From: Daphnia carinata
Taxonomy: Eukaryota
Length of the DNA: 64,000 nt
Direction of reading: 5' to 3'
Assembly: GCF_022539665.2 (NCBI RefSeq)
Contig: NC_081334.1
Coordinates: forward strand, 1,054,001-1,118,000
Both the position numbers and the translations under genes were made by a program. The notes under the pieces are model-generated. The model ran no database searches and was not told the origin of the DNA. It saw only the letters and a list, made by a program, of their open reading frames with translations. Positions 39,792 through 53,000 of the stretch are shown one piece after another (the first letter of the stretch is position 1; each line of letters starts with the position of its first letter).

Positions 39792-42700
39792 AAGAAATTA
39801 GGACCATAGAGGTAAGATTCTTTTTCAAAAATAAATTGGTATATATTTCAATCATAATGTTAACAGGGGAAACTAGTCAAATTATTCAGTAAACAATTAG
39901 TTGCAAAAGCCAAAATTTCCACTGAGGGACTACCATCTGAAGTCAGAAATATCCCTTCAATTAAACAATGGCTGCAAGTTGTAGGAATTTCCCAACCATC
40001 AGTTGAAGCTTTATGTGCCAAATTCCACTCACTGGAGTCCCTGCAAGAACTTTGTGATCATGAAATTAGAAGGATCTTTAATGAATGTTGTGCTAAGGAA
40101 GATGAATATCGAAGGTTGGTCAGAGCCCTTCAAAGTGTCAAAAGATACACAGGTAACATTAATTTGTATAACTCAATGTAACTTATTGTTTAAAATGAAA
40201 CTTGGGGTTTTAGAAGTTTTGGTGCATAATGAAAAGGAAGGCAGTAGTGGGCGGACGACTCCCGATCTAGCACTTTACTGGGATTCATGGGATAATGTTA
40301 CACATGCTTTGTTGCCAACTACAAGCATCCCGCAAAATGAAAATATCATGCACAATCCATTAAACGTTCAAAATGTACATACGGTTCATGAAACTATTCC
40401 GCAAACGGCTCCAGAGAACCGCAGTCCACCCTCCACACCATCGGTTCTAAAAGGAAGAGGTATCATTACTAAGTCTTATTTAAAGTAAGTTCCCCGACAA
40501 ATAAAAAAATTTGTATGTCTTTTCTACAGGAGACCGTATGAAATTTCCTGCTACTCCGCCGCCTCGCAAAAAAAATCAAGTTATTGGTGGAGCCACACCA
40601 CTTTTGTCGGATTTCCCTTTAACAAAATCTACTTCTCACGAATCCCAACTCGCTAATAGGATCGACGGAAATGACGTTGTCAGGTGACTATTCAATATTT
40701 TTACAGTTTCAACGCAAATATCACGGTAGATGTCGACAAGTGAAAAGTGCCTTGTGATAAGTTATGTTTTCCCATTATTAATGTCGCACGTCTTCATCAA
40801 GGATAGTTCTCTATGATGTACCTGTGTTTCAGGTTTAGCATGAATACTGATTTTTTTTCCTTTGTAATCTTTTTATTCATCCCTCTCCCCTTTTTGCTCC
40901 TTATAACTAACTATTATTTTCTTTAACGTAAAAATGGATTCTAATGGCTTGTGTGGCTTGCTGTTTGGAATTTTGTTAACAAAATCAATCAACCTTTTTT
41001 TTTATACCCGTGATAATTAAATTCCGTGATGTGGCGCTTGGATGGGTGGTGGGCATGTTAACTCTTTATCATAGTGGTGCGAATACTATGCTTTTGTCCC
41101 GCTTTCGTCGTACCAAACCTAACGCTTATTGGCTGGGACGCAGCATGGAACACTTGGCGGTGACTGGAAGCAGCTCTCCTGTACCAACTTCGAATAGCAA
41201 CTTACCTGGAACATCGCCGGCGAATACCATGCCATCTTCTTCAACGCCATCCAAAGGGCGCCACCGTTTGGCTACCGATCCTTGCAACGTAGTCGACGAC
41301 TCCAATGACGAAATTCCCAAAAGTAAAACATACTCATGTGTAGCAACTACGAGAATCTTGTAGATATTTAATCCTTTAAATTTTGATCTCGTTAGCAACT
41401 GTATCCACCCCTAAATCGCCTCGGACCCCGACCGTTGGTGGGCCGGCTGTTATGGCCCATACCATCAATCACCGCTTCACTATGACGTTCAAGATGTTGA
41501 CTGTCTGTGACCTCTGTTTGAAGCAAATGTTCATAGGCAAGTGACACCCGTAATGAAATCTAGTTTCAATGCGTAGTCAACTTTTTTTTTTCTTTTCTAG
41601 GTCTTAAATGCAAGGAATGTAAATATAAATGCCATAGAGATTGCGCTACTAAAGTACCACCGTCATGTAAACTTCCACCTGGATTTATTGATTATGTTCG
41701 CCAGTGTATCAGTGATGGTAAGAAAAGGCTCTTCTTCCAATGAAGTAGCTGTCCATATATAAAAATGATGTTTTCAAATAATAAATTATTTTTCAAGGTC
41801 CCCAAACACCAATTCTACAGCGAACGGCTGGAATGAATAACGCGATTGGCAATAGTATAATGTCGGTGCCATCTCCGTCGATGATCCGCCTCACGCCTCA
41901 TGACAAGAAAAAATCTAGAACACAGCCAGCCATTCACATGAATCAGGGTTTGAGATTATTGGAATAATTATCATTCATTTAGCCTATAAGTTCAGGCTAA
42001 ATATAAGTGGTTTCGTTAGTGTTTCAATGTGAAATTTTTCATTTAAAACTCTCGTTTTAGGAGGTGGATCTACATCGGTACTAGGCTTTGGTATGGGCTC
42101 TTCTCATTTCGATTCAAGTTCTACGACATCCAGCTGTAGTAGCTCAACGCCATCAAGTCCGGCATTAGCTCTACCGTCGCATATTTCTGCCAACCACACA
42201 CCAACATCAGCATCACAAACTATGCAGTTCCGTTTTCCTGGTAAAAATTATAAACGAAATTACGCAACAATAGAATTTTATTGGGTTGCATGAACCAAAT
42301 CTTAGACGTCCGTCAAGCTGATCGAGCCCAGAGTGTGGAGACATTACTATCACCGTTATTTCATATGCCTCAGACATCGAAACCCATTCAGCGTATTTCC
42401 ATCATCAGTGCAGTCATTAGTAGAAGCCCAGGTAATTTTGTAAGATAGTATTCGATGAGCAAATGTAGAATGGTGATCGATGTGCTAAACTAACCGATTT
42501 CCAGTACCAGTTAACCTCCCAGCCAATAACTCTACAACTGCGCACACATCCCAAGATCAGAACAAGATTGCTTCAGTTTCCGGTCTTTCTGGTACTTCTG
42601 GATCAAATTCGACTAGCACCGATTCAGAGCGCACCTACAGGGTTGACTCACAGGATAGTCAAATCTCTGACACGGAAACATCAGGCGACCGTCATTGGCC

Positions 42701-43996
42701 TCGCCAAAATAGCGTTCGTGTTGAAATCTAAATTATTTTTAATACGAACAAATTTTTGATTGCAAAATTTATTGCTTAGTTGTCGCTTCGAGAATGGGAC
42801 ATTCCGTTTCACGAATTGGAACTTCGTGACCCCATTGGTCAGGGTAGGTTTGGAACTGTTCACCGGGGCATTTGGCATGGCAACGTGGCCGTTCGACTCT
42901 TGAATATGGATCAGATTGGTGATGAAAAAGTTCTTGAATCATTCAAACTCGAGGTCAGATATTGAGAATGTTAAGTTTTTTTTTCTACCGTGCTAAACTT
43001 TTAAATGTTTTCTATGAATAATTTCAGGTTGCTACCTTTCGTAAAACTCGACATGAGAATTTGGTCCTTTTTATGGGGGCGTGCATGAATTTGCCGACCT
43101 TAGCTCTTGTAACGAGCATGTGTAAAGGATTGACTTTGTATACACACCTTCATTTGCGCAAGGATAAGTTTTCCATGAACAAAACAGTCATTATTGCCCA
43201 ACAAATTTCGCAGGTTAGTAGACTAACAATTAAAGGCACGGTTCAGAACTAGCTGCATCATTGTTTATTAATTTACTTATTCGTGACGTTGCACCAGGGA
43301 ATGGGCTACCTTCATGCACGCGGAATCATTCACAAAGACTTGAAATCCAAAAATATTTTTTTGGAAAATGGAAAAGTCATTATTACGGATTTCGGCCTCT
43401 TTAGTGTCTCAAAACTTTGCAAAATCCATGGGTCAGTCATAATTGAAGCAAACGCTCTTTTTATAGCGTCGAAAACAGTGTTGATTGTTTATGTTGCTCG
43501 GCTTTCAGGAGGAGGGATGCCCTTAGCATTCCACCAGGTTGGCTGTGTTACATGGCACCAGAGGTGATGCGTAGTTTGAGGCCTAGCAGTAAAGAGAACG
43601 ACGAGCTTCCTTTTACAATGGCTTCTGATGCCTACGCATTCGGGTATTACCGTCATACAGGAGATAGTTCTCTATTGGCTCTAATTCGAATTCATAATTA
43701 TTTGACTCTGCAGAACCGTTTGGTACGAGTTACTGTGTGGCGAGTGGCCGTATAAAGAACATTCTCCAGAAGCCATGATTTGGCAGATCGGCCGCGGTAT
43801 GAAGCAGTCGCTGGCCAATCTTCAGGCTTCTCGTGACCTCAAAGATATCCTCATGGCTTGCTGGGCTTTCAATGTGAAGGATAGAGCTGAATTTAGCAAG
43901 TTGCTCAAGATACTCGAGCGGTTGCCCAAAAAACGTTTGCTTCGTAGTCCATCTCATCCGGTTCATCTTTCAAGATCGGCCGAATCGGTTTTCTAA
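39792..43996 (+). pseudogene. KSR: KSR copy 2, 5'-truncated (promoter and first ~51 codons missing), kinase domain intact
   Basis: Starts mid-exon-1 (EIRTIE|), preceded by an in-frame TAA made by the junction. The remaining exons are present and KNIFLENGK is in frame. Expression unknown. Confidence 0.75.
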
Positions 43997-44827
43997 TCAA
44001 ATTCCTATCATTCACTCAATGCAGTGCTTGGTATGTAGCTAATGAAATTTTCTATTTTAATCAAGATAAAGTGACTAATGGAATAATATCCGAATTCACC
44101 GTGGTAGTGCATCGGTTGGTTATATTTTGTCGGTGATAGCCCAACAAAATCTGGTTAACATTTTTTTTCCAACTTAAAAACTCGACATTTAGGCGAAAGA
44201 ACCGTTATATAGCGAATCTTTCGTCTCGTTGCTACTCATATTGTGCATTCTAGTAATTTAGTTGACATGTGCCAGTAATGATAGATAGTAGGCGCGCCGC
44301 TCATTTAGTCCCTGCAACCTCTCCCCTTGTATGTGCCTGTCAATAAAACGTTTCAGTCATTTCTGATTTTTCTTCGGCTGTACAGGTGACAAAGATCAGT
44401 TGATTGCGTCAGTTTCAAATCCCGTTACGTTTCAGTTGACCCCTTCAGTTAATAATCCCGTTACGCCAAACATATTTTCTGTTCTTGTTCGTGTTTTGTT
44501 TTATAAGGTACGCTTACACAATACGACCGTTAGTATTGCACTAAGCATTCTTCTTTAATTCGTCGCTGGTGTTAATCTACTGGAAAGTTGAACATTTGTA
44601 TGTGTAAAAATGATAGCATAAATGGTCGACCTTTTTTTTTAATTTTTGTTGTTTTCCGATTCCGTGTGTATTTTACTTTTTTTTTTTTATCTGTCACCAA
44701 TGAACTTTTTCACCATCAAGAGATTGGCGATATTTAATGGCATGCATTTTCGAAAATAACTCCCAATCTTCGTTCAACCCAATCCGAGCGTAAAATGCCA
44801 GCCCTTCGGATGTCGTTACAGCATAAA

Positions 44828-46694
44828 TTAATTACAAACGAGACGGCTGATGGTCTTCTTTGGTAATTTCGACTCCAATTCGAAATTCACCTGTTCGGTA
44901 TAAATATCTGTAATTGAGATGCTCCGGCTGGCACTAGGTATGTATCTAGAAAATTTAAAAGTAATTAAAAAATTAATTTAGATGCAAATTCTGCTGGCAA
45001 AACGTTTAGCAAAATGCTTATGAAACTTAATAATTGCATATTATTAACCAAGCTCAACTCGGTTTGCATTACCCTTCAGCGAAAGACTGGATTGTGTATC
45101 TGCCAGGACTCAACAGACGCCAGTATTCTCCTCTTTCTGTAAATAGAAAACTGACTTCTGATTTATATTCACCTAAACATCTAAACAAACAGGTACCGGT
45201 GGAAGTGATGTTCTTATCGATTCCGAGAACATGGACGTACGCATCTCTGATGGGTCGTTTCGTATCTTTGTCAATGATTAATCCTATAATCATAAATAGT
45301 TTATTTGACTATTTGCAAACTAATCTTTTGTTTTCTTAACTTTTTACGAAAATTGACAACATAACATACCCCGTACTCCGCGATGCGTAGAGGCAATGTA
45401 ATTTAATAGAGGTTTGCGATTGTGATCCCATTCAACAGGCAGGTCCGAAGCAGGAGCATATTTGCAACACGACAATTCCAGTGTGATTTCAAAAGAGTTC
45501 GAGTAGCGGTAGTTGAAATCCTGCATTCCGCCTTTAAGATCGTACCAGCGAGCTCCGTTCGTTATTCCGTCTGCGAATCCGACACCACAGGTATCAGCTT
45601 TCTTCATAAGAGGGTGACGATCGGCGTAATCTTGGGATAGCTTGCGGAATACCTTATCGTCCGGAGAAGCGCTATAAAAGCCTTGAACTTGATCAGTGCT
45701 GAAATAAATTTAGGTAAGCGTTTTAAAAAGACAAAGTATTAGAAGTGTTTAACGTAGATGTAGTTTGATATGTTTAGGTTGCTTACCCAGAGCCGTCGTA
45801 AGGATAACTTGCTACAACAGCTCCTCCATGCAAACTGGCAGAAAGGACAAAAGGATTGTTCTTAATCCACTGAATGAGAGCTTGCGTTTCGGCAGCCCTG
45901 TTTTGCAACAGTTCACTTTGGCTTCTAAGTAATTTATCTTCTGGTTTTAACGGATCGGGAAAATCACGATTGAGATCGATGTTTTTGGCATTCAAACGGC
46001 CTCCTTCTGGTCCACCTGACCAGCAATCACCTTCCTGATGAGACAAAGTAACATAATTATCTATTTGTCTTAACTAATTCTTGCAAAGTTTATGGCAAAT
46101 GTGAAATCATTTCGAAAATGGCGCTTACTCGGGCTTTAACGAAGCCATCAGGATTCATGGAAGGCAAGAAGAAGATGTCAGTGGTGTTCAAAAGACGAGT
46201 GACGCGTGGATCCACGTTGTCTTTTTGAATCAAATGCGAGATAGTGCGAAGCAATAATTGACGTCCAACTACCTCATTTCCATGGATATTGCCAACCTGT
46301 AAAAGAAGTTCATATCGTATTCTTTCTCATATCAAACTCAAAATAACAAAAGGGTGGAAACACTTACCAATTTAACCATAGGCATCAGAAGATCACGTTC
46401 ACCCCTACCAACTGAATGGCTCAGTTCTAGTACGAGAAGATCGCGTCCTTCCTCACTCTTTCCGATTGAAAAAGTTTTAGCTTTGTTTGGATAACGACGA
46501 GCTATACTCTGAAGCCAAGTTATCATTTCCTCGTGAGTTAGGTAACGATCGGCTGGCACGTCATCGTCCATTTCCGGATTGAAATCATCCTTGTTGTTGA
46601 CTTCCTCGGTAATCGAAGTCGTTGGCAAACTCAAAACGGCCAACGTCAAAGTACTTAAGACTAACAAGCTGGTCCAAATCACGTTGACGATCAT
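44828..46694 (-). CDS. M14B carboxypeptidase, copy 2 (complete duplicate)
   Basis: Same exons and motifs as copy 1. A few substitutions, and a 1-nt indel near the 3' end changes the last residues ([10 protein letters not shown] vs KKTNQPSRL*). Confidence 0.87.
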
Positions 46695-49600
46695 GATGTA
46701 CGTTTTGGACACGACTGCCTTAGTCGAAGTGGTGCGTCCAACTGAGCTCCACAAGTAAGAGCGGCCGTGATTTACATTGGCGAGAGGTAGGAAGAAAATA
46801 ATATAAGAGATAAATGGAGGCGACTCACCTGTTAAGTCCCGACCTTGAATCCGTCTGTTGTTCTATCAAAATTACGAGTGTAACGTCTTAGCCATGGGGC
46901 ATATCATCCCTCCGAGAAAGTGGATCCCCATAGTCGAATTCCTTAATTTTTTTTGTTTTATGTCTTAACTTCAGGCGGAATGGAATCTCTGAAACCAACA
47001 AGTTTTAGTCCTCGTTACTAAGCTCCTCAGCGGCACAACAATGAAATGGAAACAAAAGAAATCGTTTCCCATGTTTCTGGTTTTTACTTTTTTTTTTTAA
47101 GTTGTCGCGAAGTCCTAAGGGCTTTCTTTTAACCAAACTTGGCGGCGTTGGCTGCAAACTTGTTCAAGGAACATGGGTTGCTTGTCTTGTTTAGTGCGTT
47201 TTCCCGAGCATTCAGAGCAGGGCGTTCAACTGATCTCTGGCGTGGATACGAGGGAAAAAACATTTGTGACCTTGGAGTATGTGGCTTTTTCTTGAGAAAG
47301 ATGAAAGCCGAAAACCAGATTTCCCACTTTGTTCTGTTTTTCACTGCCATAAAAGGGATTCCCAGAGTTCAAATGGTAAAAATAAGGCACCAAGTCTCTA
47401 CGAAACACGTTTCCAATCATCTCGTTTTTCTCCTCTTTAGCTATACCGTTATAAAGTCTAGATGAACTGGCAAACGTCTGTAAACACATCTTCAAGACTG
47501 AAACCATCACGCCTGCAGTAAAACGAGCCCTCAGGTACAAAGCGTTTCTATTTACACATTGACTTTCGGGAAGGTTACGTCTGCTAGAAATGTGATAGCC
47601 ACCTGTCCCGGGTGTGACGCGAACAGCATGAATCGCCTAAAAAGTAGACGAAGTGTGAAATTCATTATCATAACCTGAGGTGATAAGTCTATACTTGAAA
47701 TAATCGTGTGTGTCATTAGATTCGCTATCTTAATTCTACGGAGACGTTTAATTTTTTAACACAGTTTTCATGTAAGATGGCAATTAGTCTACGTATCGAC
47801 GACAAGCACGTGTCGTTAAAGTGCAGAAGAAAAGTGATTGGAGCTAAAAAGCGGGAAAGAAATTATTGAGAAACACTTCCTTGATTTCCTCTTACGCCCA
47901 AGGCAGCCAAACTCGTCTCGCTCTTAACATAATAATAATTATTGCACCTCTTCACGACAAAACGCCGTGATGCATCAACTCACGGTCGAACGTTGAAATG
48001 GCCCCAAGGTTTTTGTCAAAGACATTCTTAAGCATGTTAGATTCGTTTTCTTTTTTTGCCAAGATAGCCGTTGATGGTCAAGTTCCAAAAACTAAGGGTG
48101 GGTTTTCGCATTCAACCAAATCATTGCTAAGGTACAGGTGTCTTTTATATTTCAATGCCTTTTCTGAAAGTTCTGAAAGAAAACAGAATACCTCCTAACT
48201 CTGGTTTGCGGGATAAATGGTTTGTCTCTTACATACGGTTTATTTCTGTGAATGCCGTAAAAATTGGGTCTTCTGTGAAGGCTTAAATAGGGTTTCAAAG
48301 TTCGAGCAATAGAAACTGTTGGAAACAATTTTTTGTTCTTGCTAGGGAGGTGGGTAAGATGCTCGATAAGATTTTTCAGATACGGTGGTTGCTAGATGGC
48401 GTGTTATGTAGACTGACGTAGTACTACATCCTGCCGTTGTGCTACATCCTGACGTAGAGGGAAGGTAAATACGGGTCACAAACATAACATTTTTTTGCGT
48501 TATTAGAAACTTTCAAATTTTGCTCTTTAAAAAAACATTTTCTTAGTCCAGCAATTAAACTCAGATAACTCAATAAATGCTGGGACAGTTGACGCAAACT
48601 AATAAAACACTTTGATTATGATGAAACAGGATTTCTTTCATTAAGGGAGTATCAAATTAACAGCTAATATAAGGGCTTGGCCTCTTGTATTTCTACGCTT
48701 TCCTTGCTGACCTTTGTGTCTACGTTAGGCTGGCTCCGCTACGATGCAACTGATTCACCTTGTAGTACGTATTAAATGCAGTGGTGGACGTTTCAAGTTC
48801 AGCTGGGGATAGGAAATCTATGGTTTACCCCATGGTTGAAAGTGTGGCAAGGCTGCCATCTCCTTGCCAGCCGTCCTTAACGTGCCACCTCGTACCGACC
48901 AAATCGAAATGGCACGGAGTAGCTCCGAGGTTAGCGAAACTTAAACCAGTGTTAGCTCTCTACGACTCATGCGCATCTTTATTTTTGCAACCATGATTGT
49001 CGTTTCCGTTTTTCTTAAACTTAAAGTTATTCGCAATTGTGTTTTCCTCTCCTATCATGCGTTGTCAAAGTTAAGGGTACATCAATGCACAAACACTGCG
49101 TGTATTAGGCAACCGTACGATTCGGAAATAATGTTCCAATGTCATTCATTCCAGCGCATTCGGCAAGAAAATGTTGGCCTTTTCCTGCTACATCCACTTT
49201 TGCATAGTATTTGTGAGGACTATTGCTCACGACAACTCACGAGAAACATACGCATATGTATATTTTTGTTGTTACGAGTTGTTACGATTATACGCGAATG
49301 GAATAGCCAAACGTAGTGTAATTATGTAACGAATGGATTTGCATACGAGTAGGGAAATGTAGAGCTTGTAGGAAATCCTCTGGCTCCAAAAGGGTTACCG
49401 ACCTGTTTTGTAATCGCTTAATGTATTGAACATATCGTTTTTCTTAAGTAATATGTAACCAGTCTTTATTTGAATATTGATAAACTGCAAAGCAATTATC
49501 AATTCAACAGTTCCAGAAACACCCCCCGTATATTTTTGGCTATCAGATTTTTGAAGAAAAAAAGACGTCCTGTATTTTTCATGGCAGTGGGTCGCATGTG

Positions 49601-50014
49601 GTTCAAACACTTGCGACCTACTTTCACTAATCGACGAACAGCAAACGACAGTATATACTTATTGTTTACTTCAGGGATAATAGAATTCAAAATCGCTAGT
49701 GGCTCCATTCAAAAACGATATACACACCACGCAAGGAACCTTACAGGGTTTTCCCAATAATAAAACTGATCAGTCCACGGATCAATGGAATATACTTGAA
49801 TGCCAAGTCACAAGTGCCAGTTGAGATTTGAAAGTCTTCCCCGCCGGTCGCAGCACAGCTTCCTATTCGCTAGGACGGTGATTTTTGCCAGTCTTGCCGG
49901 TAGCAAAACACGTTAGGGTCAAGTGCAGTTGTACTCTAAAGCGTCTACCAACGTGAAACGTTTGCCTTTGGTGTTTTGTTTTGTCTCGTTATTCATTTTC
50001 CTTGTGCATACGAG

Positions 50015-53000
50015 ATGGGATTATTCGAAACGCTTCGTTTTCGCGTTCTTCCCTATTGGAAGACGTACATATTGGTCCTTCTGCCGTTGATCCTTTTACC
50101 GTTACCGGTGATTGGTCAAGGAAAGGTAAACGATTAATTGTTCATTAATGTTGCGTAAGAGACGTTCGCCAAAATTTATGGAATACGGTAGTCAAATAAG
50201 GAGGGATTGCGGGGAAACCTTGTTGCTTTTGCATGTATACTGGTTTTTTTTTAAAGGTACTTGTAGACATGTTTATGGCTGTATATAATTGAAATCTGAA
50301 TTCAATACGCCGGTAGCATTGTGCCATCAGACAAACGTGACCCTTTGCGATTCAAAAGCACGACAAGGACTTTTGTTTCTCGCCCTACAATGCAAAGGAA
50401 ACGGAATAATTCCGAGCCGATTTGCTCTTACGTTTCGTCTATTGTAGCCATCGGTTTGTCTTCGTATGTTAAAAATTAGGGAGCTAGACTGTATTTTAAA
50501 ATGAAAATTCTTCCATAAAGAGTAGCTTTTGTATTCTACGGATAATCGTCTTATCAATTCAATGTTAATTCGGACTCAAAATACATGAAACAACGTAAGC
50601 GTTAGGAATCTCCTGTATGCAGTGGACGGATATTTATGGCCAGTAGAACTCAACATCGTAGCCTATCCACATGTCTGGAGCATTGTAACGGTACAACAAC
50701 AAAAAAATCAATTGTGAAACTCGTTTTGGTCTGAATTTGTCCGCCCTTCGAAGAAAAATCAGACAAAGTTTTTGGTCTAGATTTGTTTGTTTCCGAATTA
50801 AAATAATCTTTAAAGCGCTTGAAGCCAACCATTTTCGCCTTAACGGCAAACGCGAAAAAAATTGCCGTCCTTGGCCTCAAAGATGGCATGCAGTTCTTAG
50901 CCATCCCAGGATTTCAGTTAACACAACTCGCCTTTTTCGTTGGAGGATGCTGGGCGTGCGACGAAACCTGGATTTCCCCATTGGAAACAGGTCGTTGTTT
51001 TTTTTTTTTTTTCGAAATACATGCGAATATCTTTTAGACGAACACTGCCACACAGGTTTCACAAGTTTGCGATCTTTTTTCGTACAGGTGTAATGGGTTG
51101 GGTGGCAAAAACCCAACTGTCTGTAGTGAAATGAGAGAACTAACTTTGTAACTTGTTTTTAGGAAGCAAGAGCAGGCTATGTAATCATCATAATGGCTCT
51201 GTATTGGATGACTGAAGCTTTGCCTTTGGCAGTCACCAGTCTTCTACCTGTTGTTCTCTTCCCGCTACTAGGCATCATGAGTACCGGGAAAGTGTGCACG
51301 GCTTACATGAAAGTAGGCATAGATCTTCTGAAAACTATCATAAGTAGCTTTAGAATGCAATAATTGGTGTTGGAAAACTATTGTGCCACTCTGTTTCAAC
51401 TTGTAAATTGCAGGAAACCAACATGATGTTTATCGGAGGCTTGATGGTAGCTCTGACGATCGAACACTGCAATTTACATAAGAGGATCGCCCTACGAGTA
51501 CTGCTATTGGTCGGAGCTAGTCCTAGATGGTATTCGCTGAAATATTATTTTTGTTATTGTACGTTTAAAACCCTGGTGTCATTTTTACAATACAGGTTGA
51601 TGCTAGGATTCATGTTAACAACTATGTTTCTATCCATGTGGATTTCCAATACAGCTACGACTGCCATGGTAAGTTTGCAAGCCTTGTCAGAGAACATGTA
51701 TATAATTTATTGATTTATTACAATTTTTTATTACAGATGGTTCCTATCGTTGAAGCAGTCGTCCAAGAGCTTTTCAAGGTTCACTATTAAATAGCCTATA
51801 TTTAAATTAATTAGACATACATACATGAATGAAGTACAACAGTAGTATTTACTGTATCCATCGTTGTTCTCTTTTAACACTAAAGGATGGCGACGAAGAA
51901 ATGAAGAGAGACCCGAACGTACGTATGGTTCCAGACGGAATGTCGACGTGTTCTTCCAACAACACATTGGAAATCGATCTGGATTCATCCGAAGGTGTTA
52001 GTCAGAATCTCGAGGCAGTTTCCATTGATTCAATTGCCGACGTAGGTAAAAGCTGCCAAGAGCTAACAAGTCCCACCGATCAAAGGTAAACATTCCCTGA
52101 ATTTTTTTTTTTTCTTAAGAAATCATTACTGAAATGATTCGAGTAAAAATGAGTTTGAAAAGAGCCCTCTGAATTGATGACAACTCCGTTTTTCGCTCTA
52201 ACGCAAAGTGACGGCTTGTGTGTCAACATGAGAAAATGTTTCCTACTTTCGGTTGCGTACTCGGCGAATATTGGAGGAACAGGCACATCAATCGGAAGTG
52301 GTACCAATTTGGTACTCAAGGGTGTATTCAAAGAGTAAGGAAATATAAGCAAACCGCAGTTGCATCGGCCGCTTATTAGTTACACCTTTAACCACAAACA
52401 TAGTACAACCCCCTTCCAATGTGTTTGTAAAAGATTTCTCGTCATTACCTGTGTGTTAATTATGGATAATTTTAGTATCTTTTTCTTATGAGTGAATGTC
52501 CGATGTTAACATTTCTTGACATCCGTTTCCCTTTTCCTGGTGGCATCCTTTTAGGTCGTATAGTTCCCCGACATCCGAATACAAACAAACAATTCGTACG
52601 TGTACCCTAATGTCCATTGCTTACGCTTCAAACATTGGAGGTACTGGGTCTCTTATTGGATCAAGTCCCCAATTAGCTCTCAAAGGAATTTTAGATGAGT
52701 GAGTTTTTGTTATTTTACTATATGTTCTAGTTTTCAAAACCATAGCGCACCTAACCCCTTATGTTTTGCATGTTTCCTTAAACACACCTAAATTAGTGCT
52801 GAATGCAGAGCCAAAAAAATGGTGACTAATAGATTAATGAAAACAGATTGTATGGATCCGCTCCTGGTTTAAATTTTGCATCATGGATGGCCTTCAATGT
52901 TCCAGGCATGCTAATCAACACGTTCCTTGCATGGATCTGGCTGCAGTGTCTCTTCCTCGGATTCAAACGGTAATTGAATAACAGATCAAACAAATTTTTA

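Larger units (their letters stand above)
30376..49206. repeat. Direct tandem duplication of ~9.4 kb (copy 1 30376-39784, 7-nt junction 39785-39791, copy 2 39792-49206)
   Basis: Sequence from AAGAAATTAGGACCATAGAGG to CCACTTTTGCATA recurs at an offset of about 9416-9422. Introns and intergenic DNA are nearly identical and the ORF track repeats. Confidence 0.97.
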
